Shown one piece after another: positions 1 to 10,930 of a stretch of DNA of 64,000 nucleotides. How positions within the stretch are numbered: the first letter of the stretch is position 1; the number at the start of each line of letters is the position of its first letter. The notes under the pieces are model-generated. The model was not told the DNA's origin. It saw nothing but the letters and a program-made list of their open reading frames with translations, and did no database searches. This stretch comes from an uncultured Verrucomicrobiae bacterium (GTDB lineage Bacteria > Verrucomicrobiota > Verrucomicrobiia > Chthoniobacterales > JAFAMB01). Location: positions 224,001 to 288,000 of the forward strand of contig CAVXLD010000012.1 in NCBI GenBank assembly GCA_963762565.1. The letters are read 5' to 3'. The position numbers were made by a program, and so were the translations under genes.

Positions 1-2333
<2,333 letters not shown>

Positions 2334-2674
2334 ATCTATTTGTAAAGCTAAGATCTGTTTTGTGCTTAGCGCCAGTCTCTACCCTTATATGCAGGTATCA
2401 GAGAACCCTGTGAGTTCTTTTAAATAGTGAACAACAACGCAGTTGGTAATGCCCTGACTCCGGCAACACGCAGATACGGTTACGATAGATCGTTCCCGGC
2501 GTTGACGGCGCTCGCGGTGTTTCCGGCGTTGAATTAGAGTGGTTAGCTTCTGCTGATCCATGTTGATCCGCAGCCCCTAACCACATTTTAATTACTTTGG
2601 TCGTCAGATTTTCTGGTGAAGTTGAGGGTGAGACCGCCCCCATCCCCCTCGGGCTAACTTCGACTTCGCCAGCT

Positions 2675-2791
2675 TTCTGGTGATCCTAGCGCAGTGGTCC
2701 CACCCGTTCCCATTCCGAACACGGAAGTGAAACGCTGCAGCCCCGATGGTAGTGCTTCTATAGGTTGTGCGAGAGTAGGACATTGCCAGAG
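2675..2791 (+). rRNA. rrf: 5S rRNA
   Basis: Contains CCCATTCCGAACACGGAAGTGAAAC, CCGATGGTAGTG and GAGAGTAGG; termini TCTGGTG / TTGCCAGA pair to form helix I; lies downstream of 23S. Confidence 0.96.
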
Positions 2792-2795
2792 TTAT

Positions 2796-2833
2796 GAACC
2801 CCAGGTTCCGAAAGGAATCTGGGGTTCTTTTTT
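2796..2833 (+). terminator. Intrinsic terminator of rRNA operon
   Basis: GAACCCCAGGTTCC-GAAA-GGAATCTGGGGTTC hairpin followed by a T run, immediately after 5S. Confidence 0.9.
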
Positions 2834-2887
2834 CCCGTAATCGTCCTCCTCTTTCTAATGAACAGTGCGGTGGTGCAGCCCCAGCGC

Positions 2888-3154
2888 CCTGGAGGGGAGC
2901 CGCTTCGCAGGGTTGCAGCTCTATCGGCTGGCAGCCACCGAAAGCCTCCGGGGGTAGACAGGCGGCTCCCGGGAACGTCTCATCGTCTGCCATCACTCAT
3001 CGCTTCCGGATCCAGACACGGTACAACGCTGGGTGATCAGGTCGTGGGCTATTCGCGGGAGCCGCTTGCTTGTGTGGATTTACAGCGGCGATGATCCAGC
3101 GGCTCCGGTTATCCTTAGCGGCCCGACGATGCGTAAAAGCGGCTCCCCTCCAGG
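2888..3154. repeat. REPIN-like element, family B, copy 1
   Basis: 18-bp terminal IR CCTGGAGGGGAGCCGCTT / AAGCGGCTCCCCTCCAGG with internal GGCGGCTCCCG / CGGGAGCCGC motifs; related copies at 37955 and 53978. Confidence 0.85.
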
Positions 3155-3238
3155 CTTGGGGCGCTTCGACGATCGCAGGTGTTGTAACCGCTAATCATCC
3201 TCGTCCTTGCTGCTGGGAGGCGCAGCACCCCGCCTCAG

Positions 3239-3730
3239 TCAGGCCACACTTACTTTCTGAATAACCACGTCTTCTTTTGGCACATCCTGATGTCCGCCCG
3301 AGCTACCGGTGCCGACCTTCCTGATTTCATCAACCACGTCCATGCCCTCGGTAACCTTGGCGAATACGCAATACCCCCAGCCGTCGCGACTTGGGGACTT
3401 AAAGTTGAGAAAGCCATTGTCGACCACGTTGATAAAGAACTGAGCCGTCGCCGAGTGCGGATCACTCGTGCGTGCCATGGCTAACGTCCCCCGATCGTTT
3501 TTCAGTCCGTTATCCGCCTCGTTCTTAATCGTTTTGTTGGTCGGTTTTTGATTCATTCCTGGTTCAAATCCCCCACCCTGAATCATGAATCCCTTTATAA
3601 CCCGATGAAAAATGGTGTTGTCGTAGAAGCCAGATCGGCAATAGTCCAGAAAATTCTGCACCGTTACCGGCGCTTTCTCATCAAAAGTCTCAATAACGAT
3701 ATCGCCGTGATTTGTATGCAAAGTGACCAT
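3239..3730 (-). CDS. ppiB: Cyclophilin-type peptidyl-prolyl cis-trans isomerase B
   Basis: [22 protein letters not shown] and ATAQFFINV cyclophilin motifs; no signal peptide. Confidence 0.95.
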   Translation of the reverse strand: MVTLHTNHGDIVIETFDEKAPVTVQNFLDYCRSGFYDNTIFHRVIKGFMIQGGGFEPGMNQKPTNKTIKNEADNGLKNDRGTLAMARTSDPHSATAQFFINVVDNGFLNFKSPSRDGWGYCVFAKVTEGMDVVDEIRKVGTGSSGGHQDVPKEDVVIQKVSVA

Positions 3731-3862
3731 TGCTGACCCCTACGGTGCGAAATCTACTGGGTCAATGGGCGGCACCGCTTCAGAGGTGCTTATCTCTAAC
3801 TACTCAAACGAAGTTCAAGACCGGAGTGGTTCGTGTTCCTCTTTTCCAGGCCAACCAACCGA

Positions 3863-4741
3863 TTATCCGCAGACAGAAATTCCTAGATCCGGATCCAAAC
3901 TGGCAACCGTGCCGTGCCGAAACGCAACATTTCTGCTCCCATGTCCGACCGGCAACCCCCAAAGCACGGGGATTGAAAGGGGTTCCAGCATTTCCCTGAC
4001 GGCGTTTTTCAGCCAATCTTCGTTTTCATCGTAGCGACCACAGCCTTTCAGCTCGCCGACTCCAAGCCCGATGGCTCCGGTTAAGCAACCACTTTGGATG
4101 AGCTGCCATAGGCATCGCTCGATTTTGTAGGTCGGCTCGTTGATATCCTCTAGTACTACAATCGCACCGTGCGCGTTCATCGCGTGCCTGGTACCTGCCA
4201 AGCTCGCGATCACGGTCAGGTTTCCGCCGATTAAAGGGCCCTGTGCGATCTTGGCGGGCCCGCACAAGAGCTGCCCTGTCAGGGTAGTGTTCCTGCCTTC
4301 GTACAGTAACGATCGAAGTGCGTCCCAGCTGAATTCATCTACTGATTGATCGTCAGTTCCCAAACTGGCCAGGCCCGGTCCATGCACTGACGTGAGGCCC
4401 GCGTTAAACAGTGAAATATGCAGAGCAGTCGCATCCGAAAAGCCGACCACGAGCCGCTGTTCCATAGTGTCCCACGGAATATCGGAAAGCAATTGCACAG
4501 TCCCGGAACCGCCTCTCGCGAACCACACTGCGTCGATGTCAGGTGCGGTCAGCGCCCACATCAAGTCGATGAGGCGCGCGTCTCGAGATCCGGCGTAATA
4601 GCGATGCTGATCATAGATGTGCTGGCCGAGAACATATTCCCAGCCGCAGTCGCGCAGACGCGAAAGTGGGAAACGCAGTTTTTCCGGATCAACGCGTCCG
4701 GCCGGCGCCACAATGGCTATCTTAGCTCCTGGTTTCAGCAT
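3863..4741 (-). CDS. ldcA: LD-carboxypeptidase (peptidase S66)
   Basis: ARGGSG, GFSDAT (Ser), GGNL, LEDINE (Glu) and VGHG (His) triad motifs. Confidence 0.88.
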   Translation of the reverse strand: MLKPGAKIAIVAPAGRVDPEKLRFPLSRLRDCGWEYVLGQHIYDQHRYYAGSRDARLIDLMWALTAPDIDAVWFARGGSGTVQLLSDIPWDTMEQRLVVGFSDATALHISLFNAGLTSVHGPGLASLGTDDQSVDEFSWDALRSLLYEGRNTTLTGQLLCGPAKIAQGPLIGGNLTVIASLAGTRHAMNAHGAIVVLEDINEPTYKIERCLWQLIQSGCLTGAIGLGVGELKGCGRYDENEDWLKNAVREMLEPLSIPVLWGLPVGHGSRNVAFRHGTVASLDPDLGISVCG

Positions 4742-4970
4742 CTGGATTGTGTGAAGGACTCCGAAATTGCTGTCGTAAACGCCGGAAACGGCTCTCGTAA
4801 ACCCAATCGTAAAGTTGCATTTTTTCTGGAAACAACTGCATGGCCTGAGTCCTCAGGCGGAGCCGCTCGACATCGATTTCCCGATCCGAACAGGTCGTAG
4901 CGACGATTAAGAAGCACAGACGATCGACGCGCTGCTGAAAACGGCTATAGGATGCCTCTCCGGATAGCAT
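4722..4970 (-). CDS. Small hypothetical protein (about 82 aa)
   Basis: ATG-started ORF in the same orientation as its neighbours and overlapping the ldcA start; the motif LFPEKMQLYDWVYESRFRRL resembles a small conserved family as I recall it. Confidence 0.6.
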   Translation of the reverse strand: MLSGEASYSRFQQRVDRLCFLIVATTCSDREIDVERLRLRTQAMQLFPEKMQLYDWVYESRFRRLRQQFRSPSHNPDAETRS

Positions 4971-5015
4971 GGTCGAATGAAGACCGAGGCTCGATGTCAC
5001 ACAAGGCGTGATTCC

Positions 5016-6125
5016 TCAGGTACCGGCTTGCTTGCTGAGAACAATGATCCTGACCAGGTTATCCGCCGGTGCCGGGTGACTGACCATCCGGGCTCTCAGA
5101 CCGTCTTCGAGAGCGGCGAGAAATCCCAGCCGCTCTTGGTGGTGACGATCCGGCCCGAGTGCTTCGGCCAAAGATGGCGCAAAGATCGCGCGAAAGAAAC
5201 CCGCTCGCTTCTTGGCCAAGGCTTCCGCGTCCTTGTCGCGCATATATTCTTCCCAGACTGTGTCGGGTACCGGGAATGTGACGCAATGGTCGACGATTAG
5301 GCCGTGGAATTGGCCATCTCCTGAAAACGGCGCAAGCAAGTCAGATTCGCTCCGTGGATAGATCGCTACGGCCATCTGTTCTCGCTCTTCAGTCCTGATA
5401 ACTTTCCTGGCCACCAGGTCTGACAAAACAGCGTTCGCTTGGTTCATCAGGATAGCGAATCCGGGCGGCTTACTTTCGGCGAGCGCTGGAAGCGCCACCA
5501 CCAAGCGGGCGGTCGGACGCAACTCGGTAGCGCGGAACGACAGGAACGCCTCCCAATCCATTGCTGCCTGACGCGCGAACTCAGCTCGTACCGAGCTAGT
5601 GCTACCGAGAGCGAAGAAATGATCCGGGACTCTGCATGGGATCCGGCTCAGCCATATCGCAGCGTATGAGCTCCACGCTAGATCAACATGATTGCGTGGC
5701 AATATGCGCTGATAGAAGGACCGGCCAACGGCGCTCGGGAAGACGTTTTGCTCGTCTCGCAGATAACTATCCGGATGACTGTGCAATACCTGAAAAAGCG
5801 AGCTGAAGTCATTGCTCGGAAGATCTGTGTGGTAAACGAAAATCGGTTGCTGCTGACCGACGCGAGCCCGCAAAACTCGGATGGCAGCTCGCATCGGCGC
5901 GAGCGAATTTAGGCCTTCGGAAGACCCATAGTCAGCCAGCACGATCGGCTGCTGCCCAACGCCGAGCTGGATCATTTTCGCGGCCTCTTCCAACAGTGGT
6001 AAGGCTAGAGCGCCCCCCGCCGCAGGGATCGCGGAGTGTTTGTTGTAAAAGCCTTTGCCCTCCATCGCGGCAATAGATGTCTTAGGCTCACCCGATTTAC
6101 CCGAGAAACTGCTTTGGGCGTTCAT
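5016..6125 (-). CDS. SABATH-family (Methyltransf_7) SAM-dependent carboxyl methyltransferase
   Basis: LADYGSSEGLNS, DLPSNDFSSLF, GRSFYQRILP and SSYAAIWLSRIP correspond to SABATH motifs. Confidence 0.85.
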   Translation of the reverse strand: MNAQSSFSGKSGEPKTSIAAMEGKGFYNKHSAIPAAGGALALPLLEEAAKMIQLGVGQQPIVLADYGSSEGLNSLAPMRAAIRVLRARVGQQQPIFVYHTDLPSNDFSSLFQVLHSHPDSYLRDEQNVFPSAVGRSFYQRILPRNHVDLAWSSYAAIWLSRIPCRVPDHFFALGSTSSVRAEFARQAAMDWEAFLSFRATELRPTARLVVALPALAESKPPGFAILMNQANAVLSDLVARKVIRTEEREQMAVAIYPRSESDLLAPFSGDGQFHGLIVDHCVTFPVPDTVWEEYMRDKDAEALAKKRAGFFRAIFAPSLAEALGPDRHHQERLGFLAALEDGLRARMVSHPAPADNLVRIIVLSKQAGT

Positions 6126-6243
6126 ACGGCCGCGACGATAGTATCCCTGTTCTATTTGATGAATAAAAGAACCAAGGACTTAAGTTTCACTCCGTAAGCA
6201 AGTTTCTCTCTTTATCACTTTGCGCGGGACCCCGCCGGCGCAT

Positions 6244-6726
6244 TCAATCCTTGGTAACAGCAATTGCGTCGACCTCAACCAGCAGATCCGGACGGAACAA
6301 CTGCTTCACCACGACCAACGTGCTGGCCGGCGGATGCTCCCGATTTACATAAACGTCGCGGACATCGCGAACCGTTTGAGGATTGGTTGAATCAAGCAGG
6401 TAGAAGCTCAATTTCACGACGTCATTGAATGATGCGCCGGCTTCATCGAGACGAGCCTTCAAATTTGCGAACACCTGCTTAACTTGAGCGGTGAAGTCGC
6501 CCGAGCCCACTACCTGACCCGACTCGTCGAGGGCTACTTGGCCCGAAATATAAAGTGTGCGCCCGCCACGTACCTCGACAACCTGGGAGTAACCCGCCGG
6601 CGCTCGATTCAAAAAACGGATTTGCGGTTCATTCATCGATTTAGCGTCTTTCGCCTGCTCGTCCGCAATAATCCAGCCTGGAGTTACCAGGAGGGCAATC
6701 AGAGTAGCTATCGTTGATTTTTCCAT
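6244..6726 (-). CDS. Rid (YjgF/YER057c/UK114) family protein with N-terminal signal-like extension
   Basis: YSQ, LYISGQV, QVFANL, VVKL, PASTLV, LVEVDAIA motifs; hydrophobic N-terminus. Confidence 0.85.
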   Translation of the reverse strand: MEKSTIATLIALLVTPGWIIADEQAKDAKSMNEPQIRFLNRAPAGYSQVVEVRGGRTLYISGQVALDESGQVVGSGDFTAQVKQVFANLKARLDEAGASFNDVVKLSFYLLDSTNPQTVRDVRDVYVNREHPPASTLVVVKQLFRPDLLVEVDAIAVTKD

Positions 6727-6828
6727 TCAAAAATGAAGTTAGAAGCAATTACTAAGGCGCGGGGTTTGACAGATTTGATTCAGGTTCTGTCTGTCCTGCG
6801 GCGACTTTGCCCGACCAGTAAGAATCTG

Positions 6829-7950
6829 CTACTCTGCCTTTCGAATAGTGATGACCGCGGGATCTTTTTCGGGCCGGTACATCGATAGGCCGTAGCAAAT
6901 GGCTGCGCTTTCCTTGTGTGCGTAACGGACTTCCGGTTGACCATCGCAGATAGACTCCTCCTCTTCCGTTTCCTGATAACATTTCCCATGGAGATTGGCG
7001 CTCCATCGCTCCACATAGGAACAGTTCGCCGTCTTCGAGCTACCGGGAATCGCGACGTAACGATTTTCTGTAAGTGTGAGAAATGCCGTCTCTCCAGGAA
7101 GAGGAATCGGAGTCGCCCAATTTGGCGATAGTTTAACGAGTTTTCGCTTATTGAAATCGAACGCCACGACGGTATCTCCGTCGGTGCTGTTAAGATGTGA
7201 GTTAAAAAATACTAGTCGTAGTGGCCCCTCGAAAAGGAATTGTCGATCTTTGCCGGACGGGAGTTGCAAAGGTTCGAACGACGGAAATCCGGGGAGCCGG
7301 CTAATTTCGGTGTCGCTCCCCGATTTTGAGTCATGGAACCACATAATCCAATCCAGTGGATCTGTTTTATCTTTACCTTTGCGCCAGAAGATTTCGCCAG
7401 ATCCATCCGGAGCGTCGATCTTTGCAGGCGGCTGATCTTCGGCGCGAACGACTGCGTCCAGCGCTGTACCAGTCGGATGCTGCGTCTGTTGGATCTCGGG
7501 TGAAGCAGAAGCGGAAGGGGATTCTTCCGCTGACGGTGTAGGAGAAGGGGCCTCGGATTCCTGTTCTTCCGCGTCCGTGAAAAACGGTGAATTTTTCGTG
7601 GACGCGTACCAGTCCGGCGCCTTGTCGAGTTGTTTCAAGTTTGTCCCACGCGGTTCAATGCTCCAAAACTCGTGTTGATCGTTAACCTTCTCCCGAGTGA
7701 ACACGATGGTCGCTCCATCGGCCGAGAAAATCGAGTCGACGTCCTGCCCGGAATTGTCGTTCGTCAATTGCCGCAGCAGCCTCCCGTCCTCGCGATAAAG
7801 ATAAAGATGGGAATGGCTAGTACCGGTCGCTTGGAGATAACGAATGGCAATCACAATCTCAGAATCGCCATGCGCAACAGATGCAAACGCTGTCGCCAAA
7901 TACCCGATGATTAGGCTACTAAGCAAATTGAGATTGAATTGTGTCTTCAC
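6829..7950 (-). CDS. Exported hypothetical protein with TolB/PD40-like N-terminal repeat and S/P/E-rich linker
   Basis: Signal peptide (AHG-D); RQLT..DVDSIFSADGATIVFTR resembles PD40; 373-aa ORF with GTG start. Confidence 0.6.
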   Translation of the reverse strand: MKTQFNLNLLSSLIIGYLATAFASVAHGDSEIVIAIRYLQATGTSHSHLYLYREDGRLLRQLTNDNSGQDVDSIFSADGATIVFTREKVNDQHEFWSIEPRGTNLKQLDKAPDWYASTKNSPFFTDAEEQESEAPSPTPSAEESPSASASPEIQQTQHPTGTALDAVVRAEDQPPAKIDAPDGSGEIFWRKGKDKTDPLDWIMWFHDSKSGSDTEISRLPGFPSFEPLQLPSGKDRQFLFEGPLRLVFFNSHLNSTDGDTVVAFDFNKRKLVKLSPNWATPIPLPGETAFLTLTENRYVAIPGSSKTANCSYVERWSANLHGKCYQETEEEESICDGQPEVRYAHKESAAICYGLSMYRPEKDPAVITIRKAE

Positions 7951-8044
7951 GCAAACGTCTTTCAGCGATTTGAGCCAATCCGATACGAAGAAGCAGATCA
8001 GCCATCGAAATAGGCTAGTGAATTGCGGCTTCGGCGTCGAATGT

Positions 8045-8653
8045 TTAAAAGAGATAGGGAATTAGCGCCGCGGTTCTGGCTTGATACTCCTTGTACACCG
8101 AGCCGAACGTCTCCCGCATGAAGCGTTCTTCAAGCGTCAGCTTGCGCCAGAAGGATTCAAAAGCGATCAGCACCCCGAGGATCCCGCACCAATCGCCGTT
8201 TACTATAGCGGTGCCCAAAAAAGCCACCAGTATACCGGTGTAAATCGGGTGGCGCACCAATCGGTACGGTCCAGTACAAATCAGCTGATGATCCTGCTTT
8301 ACCTGAACAGTTCCACTCCAGTTGCGACCGAGATGTTGGCGAGCCCAGACGCTGAAACCTAGACCTGCAGCGATTAACATCACTCCCGACCAGTACGCGT
8401 CAGTTCCTTGTAGTAGAAAACGCGAAAGTAGGAATCCTCCTCCGGGAATCGTAGGGATAGAAAGCAGGATCGACGCGATCGCGATCGGTATGCTATAGCT
8501 CGCGCGCGCCCCGGCCGACTCACGGCGAACGGCCAGCTTCACACCTGCTGCCGACAATCGCCAATAAACCAACCACGGGATCCATAGAAGCAGCACGATC
8601 CCTGCGCGTGTAAGATACAACATGGCTGGGACCCTATTCGCGGCCAATTGCAT
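8045..8653 (-). CDS. Isoprenylcysteine carboxylmethyltransferase (ICMT/PEMT) family membrane protein
   Basis: LGRNWS, HQLICTGPYRLVRHPIYTG, EERFMRETFG..Y..Y motifs. Confidence 0.88.
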   Translation of the reverse strand: MQLAANRVPAMLYLTRAGIVLLLWIPWLVYWRLSAAGVKLAVRRESAGARASYSIPIAIASILLSIPTIPGGGFLLSRFLLQGTDAYWSGVMLIAAGLGFSVWARQHLGRNWSGTVQVKQDHQLICTGPYRLVRHPIYTGILVAFLGTAIVNGDWCGILGVLIAFESFWRKLTLEERFMRETFGSVYKEYQARTAALIPYLF

Positions 8654-8662
8654 TCGTCAACC

Positions 8663-8938
8663 CAGTGTCCTGTCCCATAAATAACATGGCTTTCGCCGGG
8701 GGCCAGTTGGCTGCTTTTCAAGGCGCGAGCGAAGGGCCCATATCTGTTCATACGGGTCGAGCGAGCAACGCGGAAAAACAGCCAACTGGCCACGGCCCAG
8801 AGGGTTGCGATGAAAATGGGTCGGCGGCTGCGTTGCTCTTCGGTTACGTATCGATTCAGATATGCGCCCTCCTCGCGCCTTGCATGCGGCCCATTTTGAT
8901 CGCAACGAAAGCCATGCTATTTATGGGACAGGACACTA
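8663..8938. mobile_element. MITE (about 276 bp) with IS630-type ends, copy 1
   Basis: About 31-bp terminal IRs AGTGTCCTGTCCCATAAATAACATGGCTTTCG / CGAAAGCCATGCTATTTATGGGACAGGACACT; no transposase; second copy at 51312-51587. Confidence 0.85.
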
Positions 8939-9116
8939 ACAAAGACGCGCGGAAATTGTAAATACTGCCTGCTGAATCCAGCTTTTCAGCATGCAGGCGC
9001 TATCCACAGCACGGATGCTGCAATCGTGCCCCAATGTGGTCCCGTTAAATCGCCCGAAAATGGTTCTTTCTATCTCGTTCGATTGGGCTACTTGGTGACA
9101 AAGCAAAGCGAACACG

Positions 9117-9920
9117 ATGCCGAGATTCCTTTGTACAGCCTGCGGGGTTCAATATCCCGATAGCGCCATCGCGCCGTCTCGATGTGTAATTTGCGATGAC
9201 CCCCGGCAATTCGTCCCGAAATCGGGGCAAGGGTGGACGACGTCAGAGAAGTTAGGTGTTGATCACTTCAACGCGTTCCGAAAAGTCGCGCCGGATCTGT
9301 TTGCGTTCTCGACCATGCCGCGGTTCGGTATCGGACAACGCGCCTTCCTGATAATCACACATTCCGGCAATGTGCTGTGGGATTGTGTTAGTTTTTTGGA
9401 CAGCGCCACCATTGATATCGTACGGTTGTTAGGCGGGCTCAAGGCGATCGCCATCTCGCATCCTCATTTCTACAGTGCGATCGCGACTTGGGGTCAGACC
9501 TTCGAGTGCCCGGTCTTTGTTCACGACGCGGACAAGGAATGGGTGGTCGATCCGGACTCTAGCATTTCGTTTTGGACGGGAGAAACGAAGGATATCCTTC
9601 CTGGAATCACAATTCACCAGCTGGGCGGCCATTTCCCCGGGAGTGCGGTCCTTCATTGGATTGATCGCCAGGCCTTGTTTCCGGGTGACACCTTCCTGGT
9701 CGCGTTCGACCGCAAACATGTGTCATTCATGTGGTCGTATCCGAATAACGTCCCGTTACCGGCAGCCGATTTGGACCGGATCGCGAGCCGTCTTCGAGCG
9801 CTGGAATTTGATTCGATTTACTCGCCCTTTTGGGAGCGAGGAGAGATTGACCGGAACGCGAAAGAAGCGGTTGAACGATCCATACGACGACAGCTCAAGG
9901 GTCCAGAGGCGGCGAAATAA
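9117..9920 (+). CDS. MBL-fold metallo-hydrolase with N-terminal Cys motifs
   Basis: CxxCG...CxxCDD, GIGQRA, AIAISHPHFY, GGHFPGS, SFMWSYPN. Confidence 0.85.
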   Translation: MPRFLCTACGVQYPDSAIAPSRCVICDDPRQFVPKSGQGWTTSEKLGVDHFNAFRKVAPDLFAFSTMPRFGIGQRAFLIITHSGNVLWDCVSFLDSATIDIVRLLGGLKAIAISHPHFYSAIATWGQTFECPVFVHDADKEWVVDPDSSISFWTGETKDILPGITIHQLGGHFPGSAVLHWIDRQALFPGDTFLVAFDRKHVSFMWSYPNNVPLPAADLDRIASRLRALEFDSIYSPFWERGEIDRNAKEAVERSIRRQLKGPEAAK

Positions 9921-9930
9921 AATTGGGGTT

Positions 9931-10019
9931 CTGCCGCGAAGCGGCTAAACATGATAGCCCAGGGCTTTAGCCCTGGGTGGCCGTACCATGACATGCGCCC
10001 TCACGAGTGGCGCCCGAGC
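9931..10019 (+). repeat. REP unit, family A (hybrid CGCCCTCACGAGTGGCG variant)
   Basis: CTGCCGCGAAGCGGCTA...AGCCCAGGGCTTTAGCCCTGGG...CGCCCTCACGAGTGGCGCCCGA; homologous to 31151-31234 and, inverted, to 33097-33170. Confidence 0.85.
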
Positions 10020-10075
10020 GAGATGTTACGATGTTGGAGCATTTAATTCCGCAAGTCGCGCCAACATCCGCTGCC

Positions 10076-10720
10076 CTAGGATTTGCGCTCAAGCGCCAGA
10101 CGCGCACCGAACAAAATAAAGACGCCTCCGGTTATTCGATTGAGCACCGTCGTAGTCCTGGCATCCCGCAGCCAGCGAGCCAGTGGTCGGGTTACAAAAA
10201 TCAAAGCCGCAAACCAGAGGATACCTTCGACATCGTGGACCAGTGCGAGCAAAACGCTAAAGCCGATCACATTTACGTGACTCGGGATGAACTGTGGCAG
10301 GAACGTGACGTAGAATACTCCAACCTTCGGGTTCAATAGATTGGTTAACAGACCGCGAATGAACCAGCGCAAGCTACCCCGTGATGATGCCGCTTCGCCG
10401 GTCGAATCTAGCAGGACCGGCTTCGCGCGCTGGAACAGCAAACGAAGACCTAGATAAAAAAGATAGATAGCGCCCGCGATTCTCACGATCTGGTAAGCGA
10501 GATTCGAGACTGCAAAAACGGCGCCAAGACCTGCGGAAACTAGAATCCCCCAAGCCAGACAGCCGGTGCAAACGCCTAACCCGGCAAACATGGCGCGCCT
10601 TGGGCCTTCAACCGTAGCCGTTCGTAACACCAGCAGCGTATCGAGTCCCGGCACAATCGTTAGAAGTCCGGCAGCGCCGGCGAACGCGATTAACGCAGTC
10701 CAGATAGTAAGGTCGGCCAT
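10076..10720 (-). CDS. LysE/RhtB family amino-acid exporter
   Basis: PGLDTLLV, GAIYLFYLG, GLLTNLLNPKVGVFYVTFLPQF; about 6 TM segments. Confidence 0.92.
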   Translation of the reverse strand: MADLTIWTALIAFAGAAGLLTIVPGLDTLLVLRTATVEGPRRAMFAGLGVCTGCLAWGILVSAGLGAVFAVSNLAYQIVRIAGAIYLFYLGLRLLFQRAKPVLLDSTGEAASSRGSLRWFIRGLLTNLLNPKVGVFYVTFLPQFIPSHVNVIGFSVLLALVHDVEGILWFAALIFVTRPLARWLRDARTTTVLNRITGGVFILFGARLALERKS

Positions 10721-10930
10721 AGGTGAGAGTCAGAATAGCAAAACCCGTCGCGCCATAGCTTGCGGAGGCGGGATGGCAGATAGCAAATAGCAAATGTTTT
10801 GGCACCGGTTGGCCGAACGCTTTGCAACTCGCCATCGGTTTGCAACCCGTAGCTTGCAGCATGGGTTTGTTCTGTCACTGTGCTAGACCCTTCATCATAC
10901 TGGGTTCGCACGGTTATCCCCCCGGCATTT

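Noticed and set aside
2334..2674. tRNA in the 23S-5S spacer
   Set aside because: No cloverleaf or TTCGA T-loop in a valid context was found.
8539..8961. Similar short ORFs at 8.5-8.9 kb and 51.0-51.5 kb as a protein family
   Set aside because: The similarity comes from the non-coding MITE they overlap.
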